From the IMG/VR virus record IMGVR_UViG_3300021399_000096: a DNA stretch of 64,000 nucleotides. The stretch is one strand, 5' to 3'. The DNA comes from a virus (taxonomy: Duplodnaviria; Heunggongvirae; Uroviricota; Caudoviricetes). A model generated the notes under the pieces. The model made no database searches. It saw only the letters and a list, made by a program, of their open reading frames with translations, and was not told the origin of the DNA. Shown in pieces: positions 32,561 to 42,399 of the stretch. The number at the start of each line of letters is the position of its first letter. Position 1 is the first letter of the stretch. A program made the translations under genes and the position numbers.

Positions 32561-33169
32561 ATGGCAACAATTAAAACATTCGGAGAACAAGAAGTTTTCA
32601 CTACAAAAGAACTTAAAAAACTTCAAACAACTGAAGAAACCCGTAAGTATGTAATTCCATTGGAAATTAATATTTATGGAAATATTCTTCTTCATCATTA
32701 TTGGCCAACTGGAATGTTTAGAACGGTTAATGCTAAATATTTGCATGGCAATGTTAAATTTCATGATTTGAAATTGTATGATGAAGATAATAATAGTAAT
32801 GATACAATTACTATCAAATGTGGAAATTGCTTGCAAGAGATGCCATTGGTATTTGACCTTCAAATGACCAATGATAGCGCAAATATATTTAGTAATATTC
32901 TTTATAATATTGCGCGTTTTACCAAAACCTCTCATTATCCTGCAATCGGTATCGTAGAAGTTCCTGTTGGTACAAAATATGTAGATGTAACTGGTGTAGA
33001 CGGTTGTATGATGATTGCCGACAGTGAAATTAAAATAACTAATATTATTTGCGGTTTTGGTAATGAACCTGATTATTATAAACATTTTGCATTTACTGGA
33101 TATGATCAGGAAAATGTAAAAAAATTGCCTAAAGTTGTAAAGCTTCCATTAAATCACAATATGTATTAA
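32561..33169 (+). CDS. Hypothetical protein.
   Basis: Intact ORF. The antisense track ORF 32555-33085 is rejected. Confidence 0.4.
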   Translation: MATIKTFGEQEVFTTKELKKLQTTEETRKYVIPLEINIYGNILLHHYWPTGMFRTVNAKYLHGNVKFHDLKLYDEDNNSNDTITIKCGNCLQEMPLVFDLQMTNDSANIFSNILYNIARFTKTSHYPAIGIVEVPVGTKYVDVTGVDGCMMIADSEIKITNIICGFGNEPDYYKHFAFTGYDQENVKKLPKVVKLPLNHNMY

Positions 33170-33188
33170 ATTCAAAAATGTTATTATT

Positions 33189-33425
33189 ATGAATACAGAA
33201 AACAAAAAAGAGATTTACGATTTACTTTGTGAATTGAAAGAAAAAGGCAAGGTATTTAATGTGCTGACTGGTTCATTATATTCAAGCATATGCGCAGATG
33301 AAATGAACGATATCTATAATACATTAAAAGATAAACATTCAATTGATGTACAATTTTATCAACCTTGTGAAGGGAGAGTTGTATTCTATAATCTTGACGA
33401 GTTAATTAACGAATATAAATCGTGA
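33189..33425 (+). CDS. Hypothetical protein.
   Basis: Intact ORF. Confidence 0.35.
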   Translation: MNTENKKEIYDLLCELKEKGKVFNVLTGSLYSSICADEMNDIYNTLKDKHSIDVQFYQPCEGRVVFYNLDELINEYKS

Positions 33426-33432
33426 AACACAT

Positions 33433-33723
33433 ATGGAATCAAAGTATCAAATTAAAAATTTTGTGCTAAACATTGCACTTTTACAAACCAAGAGTAATGG
33501 TTTTAATCATAAACTGTCTATACACATACAAGATGTAATTCCTAACTTTGTAATTACTTGGATATGTGTAAACAATGGAGAGTTATCTTTTGATGGTATA
33601 AAATACGATATAGAAAAAAAGATATGGGTTGATGGACAAAATATCAAATCAACTGAAATTGCAAAAGAACAACTTGATAAAATATTGGACATATTAAAAT
33701 CAATAGATTTTTTTAAATATTAA
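33433..33723 (+). CDS. Hypothetical protein.
   Basis: Intact ORF. Confidence 0.35.
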   Translation: MESKYQIKNFVLNIALLQTKSNGFNHKLSIHIQDVIPNFVITWICVNNGELSFDGIKYDIEKKIWVDGQNIKSTEIAKEQLDKILDILKSIDFFKY

Positions 33724-33765
33724 ACATTATAGAAAACAAATTAAAAAATTCAATTATAATTTAAT

Positions 33766-35223
33766 ATGTTAACACAATTTGATAAAAATACAATTCTAAA
33801 AGAAATTCAAAAAACTCCAGATATTTTTGGGGTTCTTTGTAATATCCGAAAGGTTGCTGACACTTTACAATATCCATGTTATGTTGTCGGTGGTTATGTT
33901 CGTGATTTAATTCTTGGCAGGCCTAATGATGATATTGATGTTGTAGTAGTTGGAAAGGGACAGAAAATTGCAGAGGATTTTACAGAATATTTGAAGAGAG
34001 AATCAAATTTTGACAATATTAAATTATCAATATTTGAAAATTTTGGTACAGCCCAGGTTCATTTTGGAAATTGGGAAGTAGAATTTGTTGGTGCGCGTAA
34101 AGAATCATACGAGCGAGGTTCTCGTAAACCTATTGTAGAGGATGGAACTCTTGAAGACGATCAGCTTCGTCGTGATTTTACAATTAATGCGATGGCTATT
34201 CAACTTAATGCTGAACATTTTGGTGAGTTGATTGATCCATTTAACGGAATTGAAGATCTGAAGAATAAAATTATTCGGACTCCTGTAGATCCTGATACTA
34301 CATTCAGCGATGACCCACTACGTATGCTTCGGGCAGTTCGCTTTATGTGCAAGCTTGATTTCGGAATTGATCAGAAAACTCAAGATGGAATTATACGAAA
34401 TGTAGATCGTCTTGATATTATTTCCGCTGAGCGAATTACTACGGAGTTTATGAAAATCATGGCATCTGACCATGCAAAAGACGGAATTGAAATTCTGAAA
34501 AATTTTGGTTTGCTTAAAAAGTTTTTACCAGAATTGGTAGAAATGGATACTACTGGAGCTTCAACCGTATCTGAGTATGTACGCGGCCATAAAAATATTT
34601 TCTGGCATACATTATTTGTACTTGACAATGTTGTCAAACAGTCTGATAATGTATGGCTTCGTATTGCTGCTTTATTCCATGATATTGGTAAAATGAAAAC
34701 CAGATCTTGGAATGTCCATAAAGGTTGGTCTTTTGACAACCACGAATATGTAGGAGCTAAGATGATGAAATCTATATTTAGTCGTATGAAGATGCCTCTG
34801 GATGAAAATATGGATTTTGTAGAGACTATGGTTCGTATGCACATGAGACCTCAGGCTATTTGTGATGAAGGCGTAACTGATGCTGCTGTACGTCGTCTTG
34901 TTCATGATGCAAATGGTTATATTGATGAGCTACTTATTTTAGCTAAGGCTGATATTACAACAAAGCATGAAGATAAAAAGAAAAACTTCTGGAAGCAATA
35001 TGACGAATTGAAACAACGAATTGAAGAGTTGAAACAAAAAGATTATGTACGTTTATTCCAGCCATGTGTTTCAGGTGATGATATTATGATTCATTATCAT
35101 TTGACACCAAGTCGGCAAGTCGGTGAAATTAAACAACTTATTAAAGATGCTGTTCTTGATAATGTAGTTGAAAATACTCCAGATGCATTATATAAGTATA
35201 TTGATGAATATTACAAATTTTAA
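33766..35223 (+). CDS. cca: tRNA nucleotidyltransferase (CCA-adding enzyme) with a C-terminal HD domain.
   Basis: GGYVRDLILGRPNDDIDVVV is the pol-beta head motif GGxVRD...DxD. RRDFTINAMA is present. The HD domain shows HTLFVLD...AALFHDIGK. Confidence 0.8.
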   Translation: MLTQFDKNTILKEIQKTPDIFGVLCNIRKVADTLQYPCYVVGGYVRDLILGRPNDDIDVVVVGKGQKIAEDFTEYLKRESNFDNIKLSIFENFGTAQVHFGNWEVEFVGARKESYERGSRKPIVEDGTLEDDQLRRDFTINAMAIQLNAEHFGELIDPFNGIEDLKNKIIRTPVDPDTTFSDDPLRMLRAVRFMCKLDFGIDQKTQDGIIRNVDRLDIISAERITTEFMKIMASDHAKDGIEILKNFGLLKKFLPELVEMDTTGASTVSEYVRGHKNIFWHTLFVLDNVVKQSDNVWLRIAALFHDIGKMKTRSWNVHKGWSFDNHEYVGAKMMKSIFSRMKMPLDENMDFVETMVRMHMRPQAICDEGVTDAAVRRLVHDANGYIDELLILAKADITTKHEDKKKNFWKQYDELKQRIEELKQKDYVRLFQPCVSGDDIMIHYHLTPSRQVGEIKQLIKDAVLDNVVENTPDALYKYIDEYYKF

Positions 35224-35228
35224 AAAGT

Positions 35229-35510
35229 ATGAGTTATGAAGTTATTCCTGTAAAAATTGCAAAGTATGTAATGACTGCAAAAGAAATTGCAAAGTTTTTT
35301 AATAAAGGAGAAAAGTGGTATACATATGCAACACGAATACCATTGCCCGGTGAAATGATTCGGGTTAATGGAAAAACCACCGTTATTAATGATGGAGATG
35401 CACATTATATTAAGGATTGTTATTATGCTAAAGAACGTCGTAAATATTATGTATTGACGCGGAGAAAAACTTGGCATATGATATATAAAGTAATTTATGT
35501 AAATTTTTAA
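35229..35510 (+). CDS. Hypothetical protein.
   Basis: Intact ORF. Confidence 0.35.
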   Translation: MSYEVIPVKIAKYVMTAKEIAKFFNKGEKWYTYATRIPLPGEMIRVNGKTTVINDGDAHYIKDCYYAKERRKYYVLTRRKTWHMIYKVIYVNF

Positions 35511-35523
35511 AAATAATATTATT

Positions 35524-35784
35524 ATGATTAGAGGATTTGTAGAAATATCAAATAGAACTAAACAAATTATTTCCGCACAACGTTCAGAAGATGATATGTA
35601 TGTACATTGTCAATGCGGTGGGTCTGATGTGCGGGAGGCAACATATGAAGAAATGTTTGAAAACGCAGATTACTACGCAACACACGGCAAATGTAAATTT
35701 CATATCTTTGAAGATACACCAACCGGATGTGGATATTATAGTCGGGATTGTTTGGTTTGCGGTGAACATATTGGTTTAATCTAA
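35524..35784 (+). CDS. Hypothetical Cys-rich protein.
   Basis: Intact ORF. CQCGG...CKFH...CGYYSRDCLVCGEH is present. Confidence 0.35.
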   Translation: MIRGFVEISNRTKQIISAQRSEDDMYVHCQCGGSDVREATYEEMFENADYYATHGKCKFHIFEDTPTGCGYYSRDCLVCGEHIGLI

Positions 35785-35827
35785 AAACATTGGTAAACAT
35801 TATAAATTTTAAAAATTAAAGTTAATA

Positions 35828-36502
35828 ATGGAAAATTTAATTGAAGTTGATCCTAAAAATTTTGCGACATTTTCTCCAAAAGATTTATGTCCATATATTA
35901 AAGAGTTTGTATATAATTACATGCCTCCTGTTTGTGGACATGGATTTATTATTAGTGGTAAAAAACATATAGATTTATATATTAAAGAACGAGAAAATGA
36001 CGTAAATGCATTTTGCAAATATGTAAGTCTTGTTACTGGTATTTCAGCAGATATTATTAAGAATAATCTAACAAGTGATATATGGTCAATATATAAAAAT
36101 AGCAATAATGAAGCTGACAAATTGCACACAACATATAAATTTATAAATGTTGAATGCACAGAACCAATTTTTGTTGGCCATTATTATACTGAAAAATATT
36201 TTGGAAATAAATGGCTATATGGCAGTGATTATATAGAACGGATGGAATTCAAGTATTTTCAAGATATTGTATTGGATCATTCATGTGATTTGGGCATTAA
36301 TGCAAATATACAGGTTGTTGGATACAAACTTGATGAGTTTGATAAGTATATTAATAAACTAAAAACTGAAATATATGAATATCGTGTTGATGAATTAACA
36401 CATAAAATAAAGCAGTTAAATAAAATTATACGTAAAGCTGAGAATGCAAAAATACAACTTAAAAAAGTTGAAAATGAATTGAATGCATTAAAAGAAAAAT
36501 AA
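35828..36502 (+). CDS. Hypothetical protein with a C-terminal coiled coil.
   Basis: Intact ORF. Confidence 0.4.
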   Translation: MENLIEVDPKNFATFSPKDLCPYIKEFVYNYMPPVCGHGFIISGKKHIDLYIKERENDVNAFCKYVSLVTGISADIIKNNLTSDIWSIYKNSNNEADKLHTTYKFINVECTEPIFVGHYYTEKYFGNKWLYGSDYIERMEFKYFQDIVLDHSCDLGINANIQVVGYKLDEFDKYINKLKTEIYEYRVDELTHKIKQLNKIIRKAENAKIQLKKVENELNALKEK

Positions 36503-36519
36503 TTTAAATAAAGTGATTT

Positions 36520-37686
36520 ATGGGAGTAATTAAAAGTATTTTAGACACAGATTTGTATAAACTCAGTATGAGTTATGCATATATGAAGCTTTATCCTGAA
36601 GCTGAAGGAGTATTTGAGTTTTGTGATCGTAATCGAGTTAAACGGACGCAATCTGATGTAGAACAAATCCTTAATGAAATTAAAAAACTTGAGGATTTGC
36701 ATTTAACAGAAGATGAGTTTAATTGGTGTGTAAAACATATTCCTTATATTCCTGAATTTTACTGGGAGTGGCTTCGTGGTTTTAGATTTGATGCAAGTAA
36801 AGTTAAGGTATATCTTGATGATAATAAAATTCTTCATATCGAGGCAACCGATAAATTATATCGTCTGACTTTTTGGGAAATTGCATGTCTTGCTATTGTT
36901 TCCGAAGTATCAAATCGTGTTCATATAATTAATATGGCAGATATGTTGAAACGGCTTGATGCAAAGATTGCATTGTCAAATGAGTATAGCTTGGTATTTA
37001 GCGAGTTTGGTACCCGCCGCCGTTTTAGTTATAATGTTCAAGATGCTGTAGTAAAACGTCTTAAAGAAAATGCGCTTTATTGTGTAGGAACATCTAATGT
37101 TCATCTTGCAATGAAGTATGATATGAAACCGATTGGAACTGTTGCACATGAATGGATTATGTTCCATGCAGCACAGTTTGGTTATCGAAATGCGAATTAT
37201 AAATCATATGAAGATTGGGTTTCTGTTTATGATGGAAATCTTGGAATTGCATTAACTGATACATATGGTTCTAAAGCATTCTTTGATACATTTACAATGA
37301 AACATGCAAAATTATTTGATGGTGTTCGTCATGATTCTGGGGATGAATATGAATACACACAAATGGTAATTGATGCATATAAATCTAAGGGAATTGATCC
37401 TAAAGATAAAACTATTGTATTTTCAAATGCATTGACATTCCCGAAATATAAAGAGATTGCCGATTATTGTAAAGGTAAAATTAAATGTTCTGCCGGTATT
37501 GGAACAAATCTTACATGTGATACGAATACGCCAAGCCAGAATATTGTAATGAAATTAATGCAATGCAGAATGAATGCAAATAGTCCATGGGTTCATTGCA
37601 TTAAAGTGAGTGATGATGCCGGAAAGGTAATGGGAGATGAAACAGAAATCCAACAATGTTTTCATGATTTGAATATCAAAAAGTGA
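36520..37686 (+). CDS. pncB: Nicotinate phosphoribosyltransferase.
   Basis: ILDTDLYKLSM, FGTRRRFS, GTSNVHLA, GTVAHEW, GIALTDTYG and GVRHDSGD match conserved PncB blocks. Confidence 0.8.
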   Translation: MGVIKSILDTDLYKLSMSYAYMKLYPEAEGVFEFCDRNRVKRTQSDVEQILNEIKKLEDLHLTEDEFNWCVKHIPYIPEFYWEWLRGFRFDASKVKVYLDDNKILHIEATDKLYRLTFWEIACLAIVSEVSNRVHIINMADMLKRLDAKIALSNEYSLVFSEFGTRRRFSYNVQDAVVKRLKENALYCVGTSNVHLAMKYDMKPIGTVAHEWIMFHAAQFGYRNANYKSYEDWVSVYDGNLGIALTDTYGSKAFFDTFTMKHAKLFDGVRHDSGDEYEYTQMVIDAYKSKGIDPKDKTIVFSNALTFPKYKEIADYCKGKIKCSAGIGTNLTCDTNTPSQNIVMKLMQCRMNANSPWVHCIKVSDDAGKVMGDETEIQQCFHDLNIKK

Positions 37687-37718
37687 AAAATGATATTATT
37701 TTTAATTATATATTGGGT

Positions 37719-37750
37719 GGGAAGATGTTGTGAAACATTTTCCCATTTTA
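37719..37750 (+). terminator. Putative rho-independent terminator.
   Basis: Stem gggaagatgtt / aacattttccc with one G-U pair, followed by a weak T-run. Confidence 0.45.
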
Positions 37751-37772
37751 AATTATAATAATTAAAATAATA

Positions 37773-37830
37773 AACTTCTATTTTTTAATTTAAATAAAAA
37801 GTATTATTTTTGCAACATAAAAATTATAAA
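37773..37830 (+). promoter_or_regulatory. Conserved promoter-like element, copy 3 of 6 (more divergent).
   Basis: aacttctattttttaatttaaataaaaagtattatttttgcaacataaaaatta lies upstream of the ATG at 37843. Confidence 0.45.
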
Positions 37831-37842
37831 AAATTATAAAAT

Positions 37843-38130
37843 ATGATAATACAAAAATTAATAGCAATACTTGGATTTATAACTTTTATTATTATATGTA
37901 TTACTACTATTAAAGATCATATATGGTATGAAGAAGAATATAAAATTCAAGGCTGGAAATATTGTGGCCCTATTGGAAAAATAACTATACATTGTAGTGA
38001 TGAGGAAAGAAAAAGATTAATTGAAAAACATAATAAAATTAATAAAGAACGTGCTGAACAATATAGAAAAAGTCAAGAACGCAAAGAAAAATTTTGTAAA
38101 AAATTTTGTAAATTTATTTGTGGAAAATAA
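37843..38130 (+). CDS. Small membrane protein with an N-terminal TM helix and a K/R/E-rich tail.
   Basis: ILGFITFIIICITTI forms the TM helix. This is the first ORF after the conserved element. Confidence 0.4.
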   Translation: MIIQKLIAILGFITFIIICITTIKDHIWYEEEYKIQGWKYCGPIGKITIHCSDEERKRLIEKHNKINKERAEQYRKSQERKEKFCKKFCKFICGK

Positions 38131-38163
38131 AAAATACAATATATTAAAAAGAAAACATGCTTT

Positions 38164-38805
38164 ATGAGTTTTAATGTATACACTGGAATTAAATTCCGAA
38201 CAAAGAGTTTTGAAAAGGCAGTAGATTCTTTGAAATCTATTAGAAAGCAGGCCTTAAAAAATATGGCCAATTCATTATTACATGGTAATTATATCAGTCT
38301 TCTTGTGGGACTTGACTATAAAATGAATCAATACCTTAAAGAAGATATTATTGCATATAAAAATGATCCATCTGAACAAAACCTTTTAAAAGCAAAGTTT
38401 GAAATTATTCGATATCTGGGTAGTCGTAAAGATGATGAAGCACGGTTAAATGGTGATTTAGATTATTCTTTCCAAGTAATGATATATCCATACCATGGAA
38501 ATTTATATGGAAATTATTTTGGATGTGATCATTGCCAAGAAAATAAAGATTTACTAATGACTATTGTTGATGATTATTGGTATGGTGATTCTGGAGATCC
38601 CGACCCAAATTTATCATGGAAACAATGGGGGCAACGCAGTAAAGTTTGGAATGGAATTTTTGACGAATATTGGAAACCGACAGAAAACGGAGCAGTATTT
38701 TATATTGCAAAATGGGATTGGCTTGATTGGCATGATATTTCAGATGAACTGATAGAAAGATTAGCAAAAGTTCCGATGTTTAATGAAACTAATGAAGAAA
38801 AATGA
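38164..38805 (+). CDS. Hypothetical protein.
   Basis: Intact ORF. Confidence 0.4.
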   Translation: MSFNVYTGIKFRTKSFEKAVDSLKSIRKQALKNMANSLLHGNYISLLVGLDYKMNQYLKEDIIAYKNDPSEQNLLKAKFEIIRYLGSRKDDEARLNGDLDYSFQVMIYPYHGNLYGNYFGCDHCQENKDLLMTIVDDYWYGDSGDPDPNLSWKQWGQRSKVWNGIFDEYWKPTENGAVFYIAKWDWLDWHDISDELIERLAKVPMFNETNEEK

Positions 38806-39383
38806 CTATAATTTATTCAAATTTTGGCGATCAAGATACTCAACTTCTTCAATTAATATGGGAGGGTTTGAATCCTGATCGAATTATTGAAATAACTCAT
38901 GACACAGAAGATTATGAGGATATTGTTGATGCGGCCCTTATGTCAGAAAATGATACATTAATTATGTGTGGACATGGAACCACACAAGGATTGCTTCATC
39001 CAAATTTGAATTCAGGACAATACATTATTCATGAAAATAATGTGCATTTAATTCATGCACGGAATGTTATTGGTTCATGGTGTTATGCAGCAGATTTTGC
39101 CGAAACACATCATTTGCATGGGTTTTTTACTGGAATGTTTATTTCAAATAAAAGTGAAGCAGAACAATACGGAATAACATTTGCACAAAGTGAATACGAT
39201 GACATTAATATAGAAATTACTCAATATGAAACATATTTTAATTTAATGATTCATAATTTTTTAGAAAGCGGTGTTCCATTATCTGAATGGGTAAATATGT
39301 TAAATAATGATGGAATAAACCATAGCAATATAATTGGATATTTTAATTTTAATAGAATGCGGTATTTTAATAATGAAATATGA
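38802..39383 (+). CDS. Hypothetical protein.
   Basis: Intact ORF with an ATGA overlap to the upstream gene. Confidence 0.4.
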   Translation: MTIIYSNFGDQDTQLLQLIWEGLNPDRIIEITHDTEDYEDIVDAALMSENDTLIMCGHGTTQGLLHPNLNSGQYIIHENNVHLIHARNVIGSWCYAADFAETHHLHGFFTGMFISNKSEAEQYGITFAQSEYDDINIEITQYETYFNLMIHNFLESGVPLSEWVNMLNNDGINHSNIIGYFNFNRMRYFNNEI

Positions 39384-39676
39384 AACAAGAAAATGAATAT
39401 TACTATCAAGAATTACACTCATATCATGCTGGTATGAAAAGAATGCTTTACGGGAAATTAGAAGTATTAAAACACGTATTGATGTTTTTAAATGATCCTG
39501 CATGTTTGCATATAGAAATAAAAAAATTAAATAACTATGAAATTAAACCAAATCAGTGGTTTGATGAAAAACATAACTTGATTGAAGATTGTGGAGATTT
39601 AGAAAAAACCGGAACCATTGATGAAAATGGAAATCTTATAACAGAAAAATATGGAGTGTTAACTAAAATATTGTAA
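39380..39676 (+). CDS. Hypothetical protein.
   Basis: Intact ORF with a 4-nt overlap. Confidence 0.35.
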   Translation: MKQENEYYYQELHSYHAGMKRMLYGKLEVLKHVLMFLNDPACLHIEIKKLNNYEIKPNQWFDEKHNLIEDCGDLEKTGTIDENGNLITEKYGVLTKIL

Positions 39677-39679
39677 ATT

Positions 39680-40147
39680 ATGACGTATAATAAAATGCTT
39701 AAAGAAATTCGTCAACTTGCCATACAATTTGGTGAGGATTTTGAGGTTATTTGGTTAATTGATACTTGGGGTATTAGTTATACTGGAAATATGGGTATTA
39801 AACGAACAAATGATTTACGAGAGATTATTACCATTGCTGATTTATATGCACAGTTTGTTGAAAAGGCAGGTGAATTTTATGAAAAATATAAGTTTACTGA
39901 TAAATTTAGAGAATTTTCTAAAATGATTCAAGACAAATACTTTGAACCTATCCAAGTTCCGAAGATTTATCAAGATTCTCATAATAAGTTTATTGAAGAA
40001 TGGAACAAAATTCATCCAGAAATATCTTATACTGATTATCTTAAGAAAGATGCAGAAATGAATCATAGAAGATTTGATTATATGAATGCAATGCTTGGGG
40101 AACCATACCCGGTATATTCAACATATTTTATAAAAAATTACAATTAA
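39680..40147 (+). CDS. Hypothetical protein.
   Basis: Intact ORF. Confidence 0.4.
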   Translation: MTYNKMLKEIRQLAIQFGEDFEVIWLIDTWGISYTGNMGIKRTNDLREIITIADLYAQFVEKAGEFYEKYKFTDKFREFSKMIQDKYFEPIQVPKIYQDSHNKFIEEWNKIHPEISYTDYLKKDAEMNHRRFDYMNAMLGEPYPVYSTYFIKNYN

Positions 40148-40149
40148 TT

Positions 40150-40548
40150 ATGATTAATGGAAAAAAGATAAATCTTCCTATTGAAGATATGGATGAAGAA
40201 TGTATTGAGTTGTGTGAGAAACTTAATTCATTAGATGGTATTGAAACTTGGGAAAGTTGTTGTGGACATTTAAAAGAAAGATATATGATATTTTTCTTTT
40301 GTAATGATTTTGTTAGACTTGGAAAACTTTCTCGGTGTGTAAATAGAAATTATAGTGATGGAAAATGGGAAATATTAGTAGATGATTCAGATCATTATCC
40401 TTCATATCTATTTTGGTTACGAAGTAAAAAGCCATTTAGAAGTTATAAAGCAATGGAAAAATCTGTTAAAAGTCTAATTGATAATATCAATTGGTGGGAA
40501 CAGGAAAAATTTGATAATTATTTTAAAACAAATCCAACAGAAAAATGA
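40150..40548 (+). CDS. Hypothetical protein.
   Basis: Intact ORF. Confidence 0.35.
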   Translation: MINGKKINLPIEDMDEECIELCEKLNSLDGIETWESCCGHLKERYMIFFFCNDFVRLGKLSRCVNRNYSDGKWEILVDDSDHYPSYLFWLRSKKPFRSYKAMEKSVKSLIDNINWWEQEKFDNYFKTNPTEK

Positions 40549-40922
40549 AAACAAATATTAAACATTATAGTGAAAAAACAAAGCAATCATTGTTTGCTCA
40601 GTTGCATTCATTAATTCCTGAAAAGCATAATGGTTTACAAAATATTGTAGATGTTTGTGAAGATATTATTATTAATGGAGATGATAATATGCAATATTGG
40701 TTTATTAATATATTTTCTAAAATTATTCATGAAACGGGTATATATTATAATTGCCTTCCGAAAAATGTTAGACATTATTATAGAGATGCATTTATTGAAA
40801 AGCTAAATTGCAAATTTTTTAAACATTTAGAAAATAATATTACTGATAAAAATGCATTAACACATTTTAAATGTTTATTAAATGCATATTTACAAGAAAA
40901 CATTTACAAGTATAAAAAATAA
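40545..40922 (+). CDS. Hypothetical protein.
   Basis: Intact ORF with a 4-nt overlap. Confidence 0.35.
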   Translation: MKTNIKHYSEKTKQSLFAQLHSLIPEKHNGLQNIVDVCEDIIINGDDNMQYWFINIFSKIIHETGIYYNCLPKNVRHYYRDAFIEKLNCKFFKHLENNITDKNALTHFKCLLNAYLQENIYKYKK

Positions 40923-40933
40923 AATTAAATAAA

Positions 40934-41236
40934 ATGATACAAATAGATAATAAATATGATTTTAACCAACATGTAAATTATCATATTTGGGAACCATTAG
41001 CACAAAAATATAGTAATTATTCAGGACATATTGTTGGGATAAATTACATAAATATGCAGAATCGTATTACTATAATGTATGGACTTATAGAGGATATTGA
41101 TTGGACAAATGATGAAGAAATAAAATCACTTGGTGTTCATTCTGATTATGAATATTATATGAAATATTGTGTAAATAGTAATGAACGTCCGAATGTTAAA
41201 ATAGATTGGGTTGAAGAAAATGGTATATGGGAATGA
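40934..41236 (+). CDS. Hypothetical protein.
   Basis: Intact ORF. Confidence 0.35.
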   Translation: MIQIDNKYDFNQHVNYHIWEPLAQKYSNYSGHIVGINYINMQNRITIMYGLIEDIDWTNDEEIKSLGVHSDYEYYMKYCVNSNERPNVKIDWVEENGIWE

Positions 41237-42333
41237 AAATGTTAAATTCAAATATTAATGTTAAAGAACTTCGAAAGCGATTTGAATATTTAAAAAATTG
41301 TATCCAATTTGAAGATAAAAAGAATCAAGAAAATGAGCTGAATATGCGAATGCACGATCCAGCTTTTTGGAATGATGCAAAAATGGCAGAAAAAATTTCG
41401 AAAGATTGGAAAAATTTATCTAAATTGATATGTGATATTAATTTAACTGATGATGACATTACATATTTAGAATTATTATCTGATGAAGAATTATCTCAAG
41501 ACTGGGCAAAAACATTATATAATACATGTATAGAAACAATTTCTAAATATGAAATGCAAACCATGCTAAATAAGGACGAGGATAAGATGCCGGCAGTTTT
41601 AAAAATTGTGGCTGGAGCCGGTGGAACTGAAGCACAAGATTGGGCTGAAATGTTAATGCGGATGTATCTATCTTATTTTGCAAATCATAATTTTACAGGA
41701 GAAATAACAAACTATCAAAAAGGTGATACGGCAGGAATTAAAACTGTTTCATTTAATGTATATGGAGATTTTGCATATGGGTATCTTAAAAGCGAAACTG
41801 GAATACACCGATTAGTAAGAGTAAGTCCATATAATGCACAAGGAAAACGTATGACAAGTTTTGCAAGTGTATTTGTGTGTCCATTGGTAGATGACTCCAT
41901 TGAAGTTAATATTAATCCTGCAAATATTACAATGGATACATTTAGATCTTCTGGCGCAGGCGGACAGAATGTTAATAAAGTTGAATCTGGAGTAAGACTT
42001 CATTATAAGTTTATTAATCTATTAACAGGACAGGAAGATGAATTAGTAGCAGAAAGTACAGAATCTAGAGATCAACCTAAAAACAGAGAAATTGCAATGC
42101 AACATTTGCGCAGTCAATTGTATGAATTAGAACTTGAAAAACGACGTCAAATTCAAGCAGAAATAGAAAATAAAAAGATGCCAATTGGCTGGGGTGCACA
42201 AATTAGAAGTTATGTTTTTGATGATAAACGTGTAAAAGATCATAGAACAAATTATCAGACATCTGATGTAAGTTCAGTAATGAATGGGCATATTGATGAA
42301 TTTATTAAAGCATATTTAATGGAAACTAATTAA
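41227..42333 (+). CDS. prfB: Peptide chain release factor 2. The gene is uninterrupted, with no programmed frameshift site.
   Basis: The GGQ motif is in SSGAGGQNVNKVESGVRL. The RF2-type tripeptide region LVRVSPYNAQGKRMTSFASVFV carries an SPY variant of SPF. AGAGGTEAQDWAEMLMRMY and GWGAQIRSYVFDD are also present. Confidence 0.85.
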   Translation: MGMKMLNSNINVKELRKRFEYLKNCIQFEDKKNQENELNMRMHDPAFWNDAKMAEKISKDWKNLSKLICDINLTDDDITYLELLSDEELSQDWAKTLYNTCIETISKYEMQTMLNKDEDKMPAVLKIVAGAGGTEAQDWAEMLMRMYLSYFANHNFTGEITNYQKGDTAGIKTVSFNVYGDFAYGYLKSETGIHRLVRVSPYNAQGKRMTSFASVFVCPLVDDSIEVNINPANITMDTFRSSGAGGQNVNKVESGVRLHYKFINLLTGQEDELVAESTESRDQPKNREIAMQHLRSQLYELELEKRRQIQAEIENKKMPIGWGAQIRSYVFDDKRVKDHRTNYQTSDVSSVMNGHIDEFIKAYLMETN

Positions 42334-42390
42334 GCTTCTATTTTTTAATTTAAGAAAAATGTATTAAATTTGCATCGAAATTAAAAATAA
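42334..42390 (+). promoter_or_regulatory. Conserved promoter-like element, copy 4 of 6.
   Basis: agcttctattttttaatttaagaaaaatgtattaaatttgcatcgaaattaaaaataa lies upstream of the ATG at 42400. Confidence 0.5.
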
Positions 42391-42399
42391 AGTAATTTT

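Noticed and set aside
32555-33085. A 176-aa minus-strand ORF.
   Set aside because: It is antisense to, and almost coextensive with, the + strand ORF 32561-33169. That + strand ORF sits directly behind a conserved promoter element. The antisense ORF is composed of low-complexity F/I/N codons typical of the AT-rich reverse strand.
41227-41330. Looked for the bacterial-type +1 frameshift autoregulatory site in prfB.
   Set aside because: The ORF is continuous from the start through the conserved N-terminal blocks. There is no in-frame TGA or CUU-UGA context.
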